60,977 nt of DNA, taken from positions 1 to 60,977 of the forward strand of contig JAAILG010001852.1 of NCBI GenBank assembly GCA_012026655.1. The letters run 5' to 3'. Source of the stretch: Hydrolagus affinis (lineage: Eukaryota). Below are positions 1-13,026 of the stretch, in pieces. The notes below the pieces were generated by a model. It saw only the letters and a program-made list of their open reading frames with translations. It had not been told where the DNA came from and searched no databases. The first letter of the stretch is position 1. The number at the start of each line of letters is the position of its first letter. Made by a program: the position numbers and the translations under genes.

Positions 1-129
1 TCTCTCACCCCCCACCCCTTGCATACCTGTATATTGTAATCGAGGACTGTGAATACAATATGGCGGCTTTGCACCTAGGCCTGTGCATTGTGTATAGAGA
101 TGAGCATTCTGGGTCTTGTAGTTCAGTGT

Positions 130-253
130 GCTCGCATACCGATTTTTACCTTGATATATCGTTTTTTCGATTTATCGATATTTTTAAAATGTCTATATCA
201 GCATATCGATATGAAACTCATATCGGGATATATCGATATATCGCCGGACCCTA
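130..253. mobile_element. Right end of a hAT-like non-autonomous DNA transposon (left end not identified)
   Basis: Dense subterminal ATATCG/CGATAT motifs ending …atatcgccggacccta. The reverse complement, TAGGGTCCGGCGATATATCG, is a TAGGG-type terminus typical of fish hAT MITEs. Confidence 0.55.
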
Positions 254-2163
254 CTGAGGAGTATCATTCCTCTTTTCCAAAGTTAGATAAACTCCACTGA
301 GTAGATCAAACAGAGAGAATGGGGGTGAAATCACACTAATGTACATCCCATATAAAATGATAGAATTAACTAGGTATTTGTACTATAATATTTGCGTGTG
401 GTATTCATCTCAGCATAACCCAGAGGTTTCTTGCAGTCATGTGCCACTCTGTCACTCCTTGCATTGTCCCCACCTTGTCTGGGCATTCGTATAAAGGTTA
501 CTAGGTGGACCAAACTCTGTAGAAGTGCAATCAAATTAGGAAAATTGGATTAACTCCAACTTGATCCTCAATAAGCTTCGTTCATTATCCTCTAAAGCCA
601 GATGGTTTATGCAGTAGATACACTGATAAGATGGGACCTTGAGTAGAAATTCTAGGGACAAGCCAACCTTTTGGCTTCTCTCTTATCTTTACTCTCCTTC
701 CCCCACCTCCCCTTTCCCACCCAACATACAGATTTTTTTCCACAAATATGAAACTGTTTCTCAAATGCTTTGTACTGTACCTCTTCTCAAGTTTCCTGAC
801 TTTGCCACAGTAATCACCCCTGCAAATTACACTCTTGTGAAAAGATGTTTTATTTAAAAAATACTGCTCATGTCATTTTTCCCAATTTTTTTATTCTCCT
901 GAAGATGTTTTTTCCCCCTCTACTGGGGTATGGCTTCACAGTCTCCCAACATCATCCGATACTTTATCCAAATGTCAGCATTGATTGAGTGTCAGTAAGC
1001 CATTTGACCAAAGGTGCCTCAAAATCAAGCCAAATGTTGCCCTGACATGACATCCGCTGCACAGTCCTCACAACAAGGGCCCCCTGGGACACCGGTTATT
1101 ATTTATTTTCCCTTTAACCCAGTCGGCGCTGACTTCTTAAAGAGATCAAAATACATCTGTAAAATTCCACTATTAGATACAATTTATTTTGCAGTGATGC
1201 TTAACTGCCGTTCCCTTTCTGTGTGTCTGCCTGATTTCTGTCAGACCTGTGTATGCATGTTTCTATGTCTAACAAGGTACACTCGGTAACTGCTGACGTG
1301 GTAAGTGGTATCATCTTTCCCGTGTCTCCTCTCAACAACAACAGACTAGTTTTGTGCCTTTTCTGGGTTTCCCAAGGTCATGGGAAGGGATAGACTGGAT
1401 GTTCGCATGACTCAGTACTTTCACAAACTGAAGGCATTCAGCTAATCACAACATTTTTTTCATTTCATGAATATGCAGCTACAGTTCTGCTGTTTGAGTT
1501 TCAGTCATCTTTATGTCTCAGGGCAGTGATGCCAGGCTCCAGTATTGATTGTGTCCATTAACTGTCTTGAGAAATCCTACTCTTTTGGCCAGTTAATGCT
1601 TCACTCTTGGCTTCTATTTTCAATATACAGTACGATGATCTTTCTGAGACAGGATGCTATGTTTAGCAATAGCTGGGTTAATTATTCTTTAAACACACCA
1701 CTGAACGACTGAGATGAAATTGCAGTGAAATAAAGACCTTGGGCTCTCTTGGTATGATTAGTTAGTGTTGTTCTTGTATGTACTCTTCTAAAAACGCACT
1801 ACAGCTTTGAAAAATGTGTAAGGAAGATAGGACCAACATAGACTTGATAGTCTGAGTTGCATCCTTCTGTCCTGGAAGTTCTATGGAAATTTGGATATAG
1901 CTGAAAACATAATTTACTACAACAACTTGCTTTCATACAGTACACCACCAACCCCCCCACCCCACCCTCTCCACCTTCATGTAGGATAACACCTCAGAGT
2001 ATTAACAGAGGTGGAACAAGCAAACGAGCCAGAGAGGGAGGGCAGCACAGATCATAAGCACAGTCAAAGAGGAAGGACTCCAATATTTACAGGACTTCAT
2101 TTCAAACTGTATGAATATTTCTGCAGTTTTTTTAATTCCCACTTATCCACAGTCACACTGGAC

Positions 2164-2563
2164 CAGTGGTTCCCAACCTTTCTTTGCTGCGACCCAAATT
2201 AACCACCAGCAGGTCCTCATGACCCAAACATTTTTTTGCTGTGACCCAAATTAGCCTCCAATCAGTCCTCCCACCACTAGGGGACGATATCGTGACTGAA
2301 GCTTAGCTTAGCCAAAACGTTATCTCCGTCTGTTTTGTGGACTCAGCACAACCCATAAGTACGCTCTTTATACAAATTGGTCGACGGTGTCGCTTTTTTT
2401 TTAAAGAGTTAAAAGCTTTTTTTTGCATTAAAACCCTTTCTTAGCTTTAAAAAAGTATTTTTAACATTAATAAAAGGGAAAAACAATTCTAATGACACTT
2501 CGCGACCCTACTGAGGACCCCCGCAACCCTAATTTGGGTCAGGACCCAGGTTGGGAACCACTG
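2164..2563. mobile_element. hAT (Charlie-like) MITE, 400 bp
   Basis: Perfect 15-bp TIR CAGTGGTTCCCAACC…GGTTGGGAACCACTG. 8-bp TSD CACTGGAC (2156-2163) / CACTGAAC (2564-2571). Repeated subterminal GACCC motifs. Confidence 0.88.
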
Positions 2564-3477
2564 CACTGAACCATAACAATGGCTGGACAGACTGATTTTG
2601 GGTTTGCATCAGTGCTTCCTTGAGCCAGCAACTAATAAGCAAGCCATGGGCAAGAACCGAATCAGAAAAACCCTTCTGCTGAATTGATCTCCTCTCCCCT
2701 GTGGGGAAGCATTTAATATTTTTTCAGTAGTTATTTTTTCGATGAACAAGATGTGCATTTTTTAGTCTTGTTCATTTAATTTAAAATTAAATTAAATGGA
2801 CTCAACATACTTATTTTAATCTTACTTACCTCTAGGGATCTGTGCACTCCAATTTCACTCCTTGTGCTTGTTCTCCGTGTTATTGAAATACTGCTTTTTA
2901 TAAAGTTGAAATGAACATTGACTGATTAATCTGGTGCAAAATTGTTTTTGACCAGTACAGCTCTTGTCCTGAATACAAGATGTTCTCAAAAGGATAAACA
3001 GCTAACTTCTAACTTTTTCCCGCTCCATCTTTTTAGAGAATTATTTACGTGGCGAACACCCATGTAAAAGCATCAGAGAAATGCTGGGCCTACACAGCAT
3101 TAAGACAGACCATTTTTCTGTTTATTTACACTTCTTCCTCAGACGTGAACTCCAAAGCAATGCTGGGAAGAGCTTTGAAATGTCCACAGCAGTAAACGGC
3201 TCTACATAAATGTAAAGTTGTTGTTGTGTAATTAGAGATTGCAGTAAAAGCCTCTTGAAACATTGTAGTGTGGAATTGGATTAGGTGTCATTGTGGTGTA
3301 GATACAGTTATTTAAAGTTAGGATCTATTTTGTAATTCAAATATTTCCACATATGGGTGAGGCAAAATGCCCGCCCCATACCATTGTCAATACATACACA
3401 CAAAAGGGTGGAAAAGTTCTGGTGACTTCCTACTCCCACCTTCTGCATAATAATCACCTACACATGTCTGCTGGTGT

Positions 3478-3831
3478 ATTTTAAAGCCCTCCATGGCCTT
3501 CCCCACCCTACCTCTATGACCTCCCAACCTCCTACCAACCTGTCTGCTCACTCCACTCAGCGGGCTCTGGCCTGCCCCATGTCTCCCGACTCACCCACCC
3601 CATCATCGGCCGGCAAGCCTTCAGCCACTCTGCCCCCAACCTCTGGAATTCCATCCTGCAATCCCTCCATCTCGCCCCCTCGCTAGTCTCCTTTAAGTCC
3701 CACGGTGCCATTGGTCACGCCCCCCCTCCCTTCCCTCCATCCTGCCCGAATACAATACAAAGACTTTCCAGCTTCCTGGGATTTCTTCCCGATGTGAAAC
3801 GTGCTGTACAAAAGTAATTTTGTTGTTGTTG
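3478..3831 (+). mobile_element. L2 LINE 3' fragment
   Basis: FKALHGL… ORF2 C-terminal remnant, ctctggaattcc motif, 3' hairpin and (TTG)n tail. Confidence 0.85.
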
Positions 3832-5699
3832 CTGATATTCACCTCTCAGGGGAGCAAACAAATAGAGAAATCCCCCAAATGGCAAAGTCAATGAAACAAA
3901 GCCTATGCATTGAACTTTGCCAGCATACATGACTTGTGAACATGGGGTTGAAGTTGCTGCTATTTGGTTGGTAAAAAGCTGGTATCCTGCCAACTGATGA
4001 TTGGTGAACTTTGAGAATGGTATTGTGGATGAGAGGGTGGAGTCATCTGTCTCAACCACTTAAATATACAATAAATGTGATAAGTATTGAACATACTGTT
4101 AAACTGATTCCTTTGAGGTAGATTATGTGGAACTATATATCACCAATCAACTGTGGCCTGAATAGCCCGTAAATTAGGTATTTGTAGAAATTTAAAATGA
4201 AAGAAAGACTCATTTGTGCTCATTTATTAATAGTGTTTTTACATTGGACAGTGATCAAACTGCTTGATGAGTATGCATACAGCATGCGTAAAGGAAGAAC
4301 ATTCAGGAAGGGAGGGAATGTTGAACTGAGATGTTTTAAATTAAAAGTAGCCCTCCATGATGTGATTTGAAAAGAATCGTTTTACATATTAACATTCTTA
4401 AAACATTTGTTTCTGATAACTTCTTGCATGTGGAGCAAATTATATTTTGATTTCTTTTTCATTCGTTCTCCATTCGCACAATTTCTAAGTTTAAAAAAAA
4501 TCATCCCAAACTGCAAAAAAAATGCACAAGGATTCATTGTGTCATACACGCTGCCTTGGGCAGGCTATGCTCTGAAGTCGCACTGTGACAAAGCAGCAGT
4601 CCTAACTGTTATCTTATAAACATAGGATCATTGTTTTGTCTTGCCTATTGCTTGGAGAATAACCTCCCCCATATCTTTAATAGCAATAACATGACTATTA
4701 TAATGCATTAAATGTAGGGATGAAAATTCAGGTTTCACAACAGATAAATATTGAACACATTATCTAATCTGTTATGAAATGTCATATTTTACCTTTTTAT
4801 TTGACTATTATGAACAGTTTGAGATTCTCTTTTCATATTTCATTCGAGCTGTCAATTGTGTACTGTGGCATGGTATTTGTAGCAGAGTGATAACATCTTT
4901 TACATTGAACATACAGTATTTCACACCACAAAAATTCTTCCCTATTCATTTTAAACTCTCTTTTTGCAGGGCTGTGGTTAATACCTTGTATGGATGCCTG
5001 AAGGCTTCATTGTGGCAGTACAGTAATTTTAATTAAATGTCAGATTACATGGCAGTATATGTAATGTGCAGTGTGAAGATCATACCCTTGGGTTTTTGGT
5101 TGGAGGTGGTTTCAGCAAGTTTTCAGAATAACAGTATAAGGATCAATTCTATAGAGTTTGTATATAGAAGTGCAATTCTATTTTTAAGCAATTCTGATTT
5201 TCTCTTTCTATTTATAATTTTAAAAAATGTTATACAGGATAAAGTTGAGGCCTTTCATATTGTAATCCTTGTGTTAAAGGAACGCAATCTGAAATGCCAC
5301 ACACTTAAGTTTCTAATTTCAATAATACCAATAATTATTTTCAGTTGAGATATTCTATTGTTACTATTTATTTACTATTTATGCTGTATCAGTATCCATT
5401 GCGGGTAACAATACAGATTTTGTATCAGTAATTGTATTTTTTAACCATCCAAACAAAAGCCAGGCTTCTTATGTTCCTACTCAATAATCAGTGCAAATAT
5501 TTATCTCAGTGGCTCAATAGTAATTAAAACAAAGCACATGCCTTTGATACTTTGGACTTGGGCATTAATGCTGGTTGTGAGTTCAATGTGAGATAAGTGT
5601 GCGGAGTTCTCCTGGGCACATGATCATCATACAAAACTGTGCCCCATTGGGTACGAGTGTACTTCATTGTGATTTGTAGTATAGTTTGTACAAACGGAG

Positions 5700-6088
5700 A
5701 CTTCCAACTTCCTCCATCCTTGGCCCCATTCACTTTCAAGACCATTCACAGCCTTGCCATTTCCTATCTCTCCGATCTTCTGAATCCATATCAACCTGCC
5801 GCCCACAATGTTCAACGGGCTATGGTCTGCTCCATGTCTCCCGCCCTACCCACCCTACTATCGGTGGACGGGATTTCAGTCTCTCTGCCCCCGTACACTG
5901 GAACTCCATCCAACAGTCCCTTTGCCTCGCTTCCTTCCCTGCCTCCTTCAATGCCGGTCCAAAAACCCTTCTTTTCTGCCGTTCTCCCACCTCTCTCCCT
6001 CCCCACCCCCACCCTGACCCCTCATTGTTCAACTCCTTGGGACGTCCTCCTGATGTGAAAGGTGCTCTAAAAATGTAATTTTGTTGTT
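5700..6088 (+). mobile_element. L2 LINE 3' fragment
   Basis: FTFKTIHSLAISYLSDLL remnant; ccttgggacgtcctcctgatgtgaaaggtgctc hairpin and ttgttgtt tail. Confidence 0.88.
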
Positions 6089-6199
6089 CTCTTCCTCGTC
6101 TATATGCTCCTTCTAAGCAATGTCAACCCCAGACACAGAATAAAACTTCCACATGTTAGCTGACACTCAGCTCTACTTCTCCTCCAGCTGTGACCACCC

Positions 6200-6717
6200 C
6201 GTTCTCTGATGTTCTGTCAGCTTGTCTGACAGACATCATGGTGTGGATAAGTGAAAATCTCTTGCAGTCAAATATCAACAAAATAGAAGCCATACTCTTT
6301 GGCTTCCGTTGATGTCTTCTATCCTGATGTCAACAGTTCCGACCTCCTCAACCTACCCAATCTATCCTTAAAATTGCCTGAACCCGTGCACAACTTTGGT
6401 TCGATCCCCCAGTTATCCTTCCTCCTGCACATCCGGTCCCTGACTACGACTGCTTTCCTCCACCACATTGCCCGTCTCCAACAATACCTCACTAGGCAAG
6501 TGGCCGAAACCCTTATCTACACCTTCATCACCTCTCGAATGGACTACTCAAATGTCTTTGCCTTGCTTCCTCTTTCCCCATTTTCAGGTTGCGCCTGAAG
6601 ACCTTCCTCCTTGACTGTGCCTGTAGTCACCTTCCCTCCCCTGGCTTGGCATTGGGCTCCATCATTGTTAATTGCTATGACACTCTGCCTGGCTATGTAA
6701 ATGCAAGTTGTTGTTGT
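6200..6717 (+). mobile_element. L2 LINE ORF2 and 3' end fragment, internally deleted
   Basis: LSFLLHIRSLTTTAFLHHIARLQQYLTRQVAETLIYTFITSRMDYSN is a typical L2 ORF2 post-RT motif; ends in aaatgcaagttgttgttg. Confidence 0.85.
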
Positions 6718-6779
6718 ACTATACAAGCATAAATTTTACTGTATAAATCCCAAGCCACCTACCAGAAAGTTTACATATG

Positions 6780-6960
6780 TTCCTGTTCTAGAAGGACAGA
6801 ATGAGACCTGGCACTGATGCTCCTCAAGGTTAAGTAGCCCATTGACACATGTCCAAGTATAATGTCTAGTTGGGCGAAGCACTTGCAGATTGTCATTGTT
6901 CATGAAAACATTAACCCACATGTTAGTGTTAGTGCAATGGAGGGAGGAGTGGGGAAGAAG
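6780..6960 (+). mobile_element. Old tRNA-derived SINE, 3' part (same family as 15540-15930)
   Basis: Patchy reverse-complement similarity to 15540-15730 and 890-1060 (aggacag…tgatgctcc…tagcc…ttgggcgaag…ggagggaggag). Confidence 0.4.
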
Positions 6961-7864
6961 GATACTTGGAAATGACATTTGGTCACAGGGCTAAGAACTA
7001 TAATCAGCTATGTAATCAACATAGTTGGCAGGTCAGTGTATTCAGATAGCAAGGTATTAACACATCAGCTGTAGTTATTTTATTTTTCTGGTGCTAAGTC
7101 CGTTATTTTAATTATGTTTATCGCTGGTGCTATTCAAGTGTTGTAACAGCTGAAATGTTCAATTGTTGCTGGCAGCTCAGTCAGCTCAGAGACAGCTTTT
7201 TGGCAAGATGAAGAAGCCTTAAAAATATTTTACTTGATCAGCTTCCCCTCTTTCTGAATGCTGTAAAAATCTATTGTTAGGAGACCTACTCCAAACAGGG
7301 CACAATACCAGCTATGTACACAGTGAAACATGCATGGTTTTAACAATTTTTACCCTCATCACACGGGGAATGGAACAATGTTTCACCTGACATCCGTTAT
7401 CTTGTATAACCAGATGTCAATTCAAGCTGGCAGCATATAGCCCAATAAAACGCTTTGACCCCAAACCTCCAGCATCATTTGTTACATTGGAGTGATTCCC
7501 TTCTCCCCATCCCCCATCTCATTTCTCACATGTAAAATGATAACAATTAAATCTGTTATAGTTTATAGAGGACTCGTTAAAGCTGTGTTAATGATTGCTA
7601 GAATCGCTTGCAACCTTGAGTGACATTGTCAATCTTTGCCAAACTCTGGTTGGTTTTATGCTGTGGGAAAATATAGGAACTAGGTTAACTCAAGCTCATT
7701 GGGAGACATTAGTAGGCATTAAATTCATACCTAGGTCACTCAGAATATTGGGAGTTACCTCACAACATAGCTTTTTGATTGTGCCACCTTTCTCCAACTG
7801 CCCTCAGCTTACCACCTGCTCGCATTCTCAGTCAGCTGTGAGGTGTTGTAGAGTATGTTACAGT

Positions 7865-8030
7865 TAAGGATATGGTGGCAGAGTTTTGAATCAGTAGGAC
7901 TTTGTAAATTGTGAAGCTAGGGAGTCCGAAGAATAGTGTACTGGGGAAATCAAGGTAGAAGGTGACAAAAGCGTGGATGAGGGTTTCAGCAGGTCTGGAT
8001 GTGAGGTATGGGTGCTGGCAGGCATTGTAG
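7865..8030 (-). mobile_element. L2 LINE ORF2 fragment
   Basis: Minus-strand PYLTSRPAETLIHAFVTFYLDF…LLIQNSA motif. Confidence 0.8.
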
Positions 8031-8048
8031 AGGATTAAAACTACAGTG

Positions 8049-8155
8049 TCCTTGTAAAAAAAGTACCATAGTATTGGTAGTAGTACCATGGTTATGGTGG
8101 TAGTACCATGGTACTACCATACTACCACCATTACCATGGTGCTTTTTTACAAGGG
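8049..8155. mobile_element. 107-bp palindromic MITE, CACTA/EnSpm-like
   Basis: About 35-bp imperfect TIR (T/C)CCTTGTAAAAAAG…CTTTTTTACAAGGG, internal ACCATGGT repeats, perfect 22-bp central palindrome 8098-8119, flanked by TG/TG (possible 2-bp TSD). Confidence 0.7.
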
Positions 8156-8584
8156 TGATTAGATTGTGAAAATAGCACTCCTGATTTACTGAACACATAC
8201 ACACAAGCAAATTGAGAGCAGGTGTTTGTTCCACTCAGAAGGATCTGAGTCATTAATGCTACGATAAGATAACAATGTAGAACAACTCTACCTGATAGGG
8301 TCCCATGTAATCCAATACAAGATCATAGAAAATCCAGGCCAAAAAAACGCTTTTTTTTAGGATAAAATATTCAAACTCTTTAACCTAAATCTGTGCCTTG
8401 GGATTTATCATTGTGGTAGTCAAACACATGCTGAATGGTGGTTATGCAGCTTTCCGTGACTTCATGAACTGTGAAAGCACGTCTGCTTTGATTGACTTAA
8501 AAATGAAAGTACGACTGTTATGAGCATTACATCTATGTAAATAAAGGATCTTGTGTGGATGATGTAGGGATATTAGTGAGTTAT

Positions 8585-8745
8585 TCTCCATCCATGACGG
8601 TTTGTGGGACACTGTTGTGTGCAATTGGCTGCCACTTTTTGCCCACAAATATACAGTCAATTCACTTTACCATGTATTCTGTGAAGTGGTTTGAAGCATC
8701 TAGAAGACGTGAAAAGCGCTATATCAAATACAAGGATAATTATTA
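8585..8745 (+). mobile_element. Deu-type SINE, 5'-truncated
   Basis: gtttgtgggacactgttgtgtgcaattggctgcc core; tail gaaaagcgctatatcaaatacaaggataatt. Confidence 0.8.
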
Positions 8746-11700
8746 TCGTTATTCTGCATTGCAAACTCGACTCCTCGAAGGTCAGCACGTTGAAGTTTCC
8801 TTACTCCATGCACCTTTGTTTACCTAGCAGTAAGTAGGAACCTAGATGTTTATCAATTTGATGGATCACTTTCTGGGGGTTAATAATCTCTTTAAAGATA
8901 AATAAATTGGTCACTCATTCTTGACTCAGGGTTGGGCTTGTGCCTCATTTCACCCCCAAATATGCAATTAATTGACTTCACACTACATCCTGTGAAGCGC
9001 CATGAGATGCCTCAATGATGTGATAAGGCATTATATCAAATGCAAGTATTATTATTATATATCAATGATTGGAGAATTACTCCCTCAAACGTCTTGTGGT
9101 GTCTGGTCTACTTTATTTGTCACTACATGGTCTTCAGAGGCAAAAATGCAACATTTGTAAATAATTTTTAAAAATCCTTGTGGTGCCTTATCATGAGATT
9201 GAGATGTCTCAATGGTCTTCACTAAATCTTGCCCGCAATCAGATCTATGAGACTTCCCACTCCTGCGTTATCTACTTCTAAATACTTTGGTATGGTTATA
9301 AATACATAACGCAACTTTAAATTAGCTTTATTTTGGATCCTAAATATAAAAACAAACTTTTCATGTTGAGTAACCCAGACTGGGAAAAAGCTGTGTGAAA
9401 AATCACTTTGGCAGGGCTTTGAGGCACATGAACAACACTAATTTGGATTGTCTGGCCATTTATTCCAGTGGGTGGTTTTGAAAATAAACCTTAATGCAAT
9501 CAATCATTCTTCATTAATACTTTTCTATGGATGCACTTTCCTCTACCCACCCCCTCCCTTCCCACAAACACACGCAGACACTGAACCTCAACACAAGGTT
9601 AGGCTTGAAGTCTCCAGTGGCTGCTATTGGAGTTGCTGCTTCATGAGATGTCAGTTTAGCTCAAGCCTAAGGCTGATTTAAGGGACACAGAAATGCTGAG
9701 CTCGGCGACCACAGCGATGGCTGCAGAAAACATCAGGCCAGACCTTTGTTGTAAAGTTGAGTGGAGAGGGTGTTTATTTCCACAGATCACTTGATCATTA
9801 TCAAATGATTTTAATGCAATTTCTGGTCACTTGATCTCATAACTTGCCAAATTCTTTCATCTCATGTTGTGATGTAAGTGACTATCATTAGTCCATTCTG
9901 TGTGTTGCTAGGGAAGTTTAGCACTTTGCTCGAAAGTAACATCAACCACATATGGGCTAGATTACCTGGTTCGTGGTGAACAAATGAATATTATGTCACA
10001 TTTAGTGTAAACCTGAGCACTCCAGCACTAACATCTTGCATTTATATAGCGCCCTTCATGCAGGGGTAGCATCTCCATGACTTCCACATATACTGTAGAG
10101 TTATGATATAAAAAATTACTCTTAGCTAAGCACGTTAATATTGGCAATGTTAGCAAGTGGTTGAAATGTTGGCAGTCTAAACCAGTGTTTGAGCTCATGC
10201 AAGGAAGTCTTTAAACTTCCCACACATCTTTCCATGAGCAGAGGTTACATGGTACAACATTGGTAATCCTTCTGATTCTGCATGTGCGTGTGCATTTTGT
10301 GAGAATTTGGATCCCCAAAATAGGAATCCGATCTCTGAAGTAGAGACTGCACAAAGGAAAGTACAGGGAAAGAACATTCCAAGGTTGTAAGAAAATACAC
10401 ATTTAGATTCATGACTATAGCAACTAAATCGACTAGGCATGGACAACAATATCTTTTTAATTAAATTCAGCCATTTAAGTCAGTCTTTCCTCTTGGTGAC
10501 ATAAAAAAACCCTTCCAATTCTTTTGCTGCAATATTGTCAATGTGGCCTTAGGGCAAATAGAAATGAGAGAAAGGTTCCAGTGTGTACACTGCACGAGGA
10601 CAAGTTCAAAGCAGTTTTTTTGAATTCATTCTAATTTGGTTAATTAGGGATGAATGTTATTTGGAGCTCCTCCCTAGTAATGGGATTTGCAGTGTCTGTT
10701 GTCTACAGAATTGTTTATTCCTTTGCAGACTACAGATTCTTTTTCTTCCTCAAGATAGCAGCGTGGGGTCTGCAACAGTATAAACAATTGCATAGACAAA
10801 AAGCTGGTACAGTATCTTGTGTACAAAAATTGTATTTGATCTCAGTTGAAATGAGGCATGAACTTTGAAATTAGCCATGCAATTGGACCATGAGTTGTTC
10901 TTCTGGGACTAATTCTAAATTGACAAACTAGCTTTGAAGCTTCTGGATAAAATTTGCTATGTTTAAAACATGTTCAATCAGTACAAGGAGCAGGTTATGA
11001 AAGGTTGCAATCTTTACCCTGTGATTTTAATTTGCAAGCGCTAGTGAGCAACTGGATGGAAGGAGCATTGTTTCAAAGAATAAAGATTCCATTAATTAAA
11101 TGTAAAAAAAAGTACAACCTTTGACACACCAACTGACTTGTTCCCATTAAATTATAGCATTCTTAAAAACATTCCGTTCTTTAATTAAACCAAATTCCAT
11201 ATCCTCTCCCCATAATATTGATGTGTCACTTGTGCAGCTTTAAATTTGAAAGCAGAATATACACACTTGATTTTGTCCAGTTCCAGTCCTTATATACCTT
11301 TCCCTCCCCTCCCCCACAACCACACACCCAATAAGGGCCTCATTGCTGAAAGCTCTGAAAACAAGGCTTAAATAGCATCATTTTGAACGCAAGGTTGTGT
11401 CCTTGAAGAAAATAATCTAGAATTTCAGGAGTGGGAGCTGTAGAATCTTATCTGGGGAGCACAGTCTGAAGGAGGCGATGACACACATAATATTGCTGGT
11501 ACACCCGGACTGGTTGAAATCGTTGACAGAAGTGACAGAACAAGATAACTGGAAGTACAACTATACTTATTTCAAGCAGGAGAAGTTTATAAACATCTCA
11601 AAGGCAAGAGCTTGGATTTTATGAACGTCCCTGAAGTTGACATTGTGGTACTGATGGTAAACAATGGCATCAGCTTCATGACTAGCTCAAGGAAATGTCC

Positions 11701-12717
11701 GAACTAAAAGGGAAGTGTGTGGAGAAACCTGAACCTATGCAGAAATTGACCTATTTATGGCATGTATCATTAAGTTTCCTCAGTTTATAATTTTGACAAA
11801 AACTACAACAGCTTGCAGTCATACAGCACCCATTCATGTAGAAAAATGTCTTGTAAGCTATTGTTCTTTTTGTCAAAAGTATATACTGTACTGTAAATAA
11901 ACAGTACAAAACAGTGGAAGAATTAGGTTTTAAAATGAGGTTTGAAATCCAAGCACAAGGCCATAGGGTAAAGGTATTCAGGGAGAGAATGGGGGCAAGA
12001 CTTGCCCATCTATTGTGGATTGGAGGGGTCAGGGAGTGTGAGGTAGGCCTGAGTTATCAGAATAGACAGTCCTGGCAGGTTGTAACACTGCAGCAACAAT
12101 AACAATTTGCATTTATAGGCAGGGTCGCATTTCAAAAATTGTTGGAGCACATGGCGTATGAATGTTATCCTTGAGGATAGAACATGGTTTTCTCTTGGCA
12201 TTCTCAGTCCCTTTAACTAAATAAGTCACTACAATCTTCCCCCACCCCAACTTTATGAGGTGAACCCAACTCCCCCACTCTTCTCACAGCAATGTTAGCT
12301 GACTGGAATTCCCTGAGGCAGGTGATGATCAGATCTATGCATAATGCAGTGTTCATCCAGAAAACATTACAATGAACAGAGCACACAACAGATGCCACCT
12401 AAACACCAGAAAGGACTTATTCCATAATTACTGCACCAATGCATCCACTTTCTCTTGAACACTGCACCAACAACCAATTTCAACGACAACTATTACAGTA
12501 TTTGTAAAATCCCTGCACACTAGGAGACCCTGTGATGAGAAATGAACTACTTACTATATGTTATATTCCTGGATACATGGGTTTACCTTATTTAGTTTTG
12601 TACCCGGTATTTTTAAATTGTGATTCCCAGTGAAATGGATGGAGCTTGCGATGCATCTTTCATAACTTTAGCCGCAGAATTTTAAGCTTATGTTTTTAAA
12701 GTAATTGTTGAAACTTT

Positions 12718-13026
12718 GTGGAATCCTGGAGCTCAGTGGTTAGAGCATTTGGCTTGCAAGCGAGAGACCTGGGTTTGATTCCGTGCAGGGCGAAACCTTG
12801 GACAACTTTCCTTACTCCACACACCTGATAATAGTCACTCGAATCAAAAACAATAATAAATTGTTCACTTCAATCCACGACTGTTTGTGGGACGCTGCTG
12901 TGCGCAATTGGCTGCTGAGTTTCGCCCACAAGTACAGTCAATTCACAAGTACAGTATATTCTTTGAAGCACTTTGAGACATCTAGAAGATGTGAAAAACA
13001 CTATCAAATGCAACAAATATTATTAT
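12718..13026 (+). mobile_element. Full-length tRNA-headed Deu-type SINE (elephant-shark SINE2-like)
   Basis: Pol III A box AGCTCAGTGG and B box GGTTTGATTCC; core ctgtttgtgggacgctgctgtgcgcaattggctgc; L2-like 3' hairpin and (ATT)n tail. Confidence 0.88.

Noticed and set aside
2189-2253. GACCCAAA units at regular spacing as a CRISPR-like array
   Set aside because: Eukaryotic context; they are subterminal repeats inside a TIR/TSD-bounded hAT MITE.
247-2517. 14-nt exact repeat GACCCTACTGAGGA at 247-260 and 2504-2517
   Set aside because: Several 14-mer matches are expected by chance in 61 kb, and the match does not extend.
8861-8884. ATG GAT CAC TTT CTG GGG (MDHFLG) as MYO10 exon 1
   Set aside because: Only 6 codons before a weak GTTAAT donor, no terminal Glu, and no promoter or CpG context.
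11420-11760. Coding-looking purine-rich stretch
   Set aside because: Stops in each frame I translated, no recognisable protein motif, and no clear splice-site pair.
12720-12795. tRNA gene (A/B boxes, TGC-like anticodon loop); similar heads near 22710-22783, 39030-39104 and 58043-58120
   Set aside because: No acceptor stem or T-run terminator; each continues directly into the SINE body.
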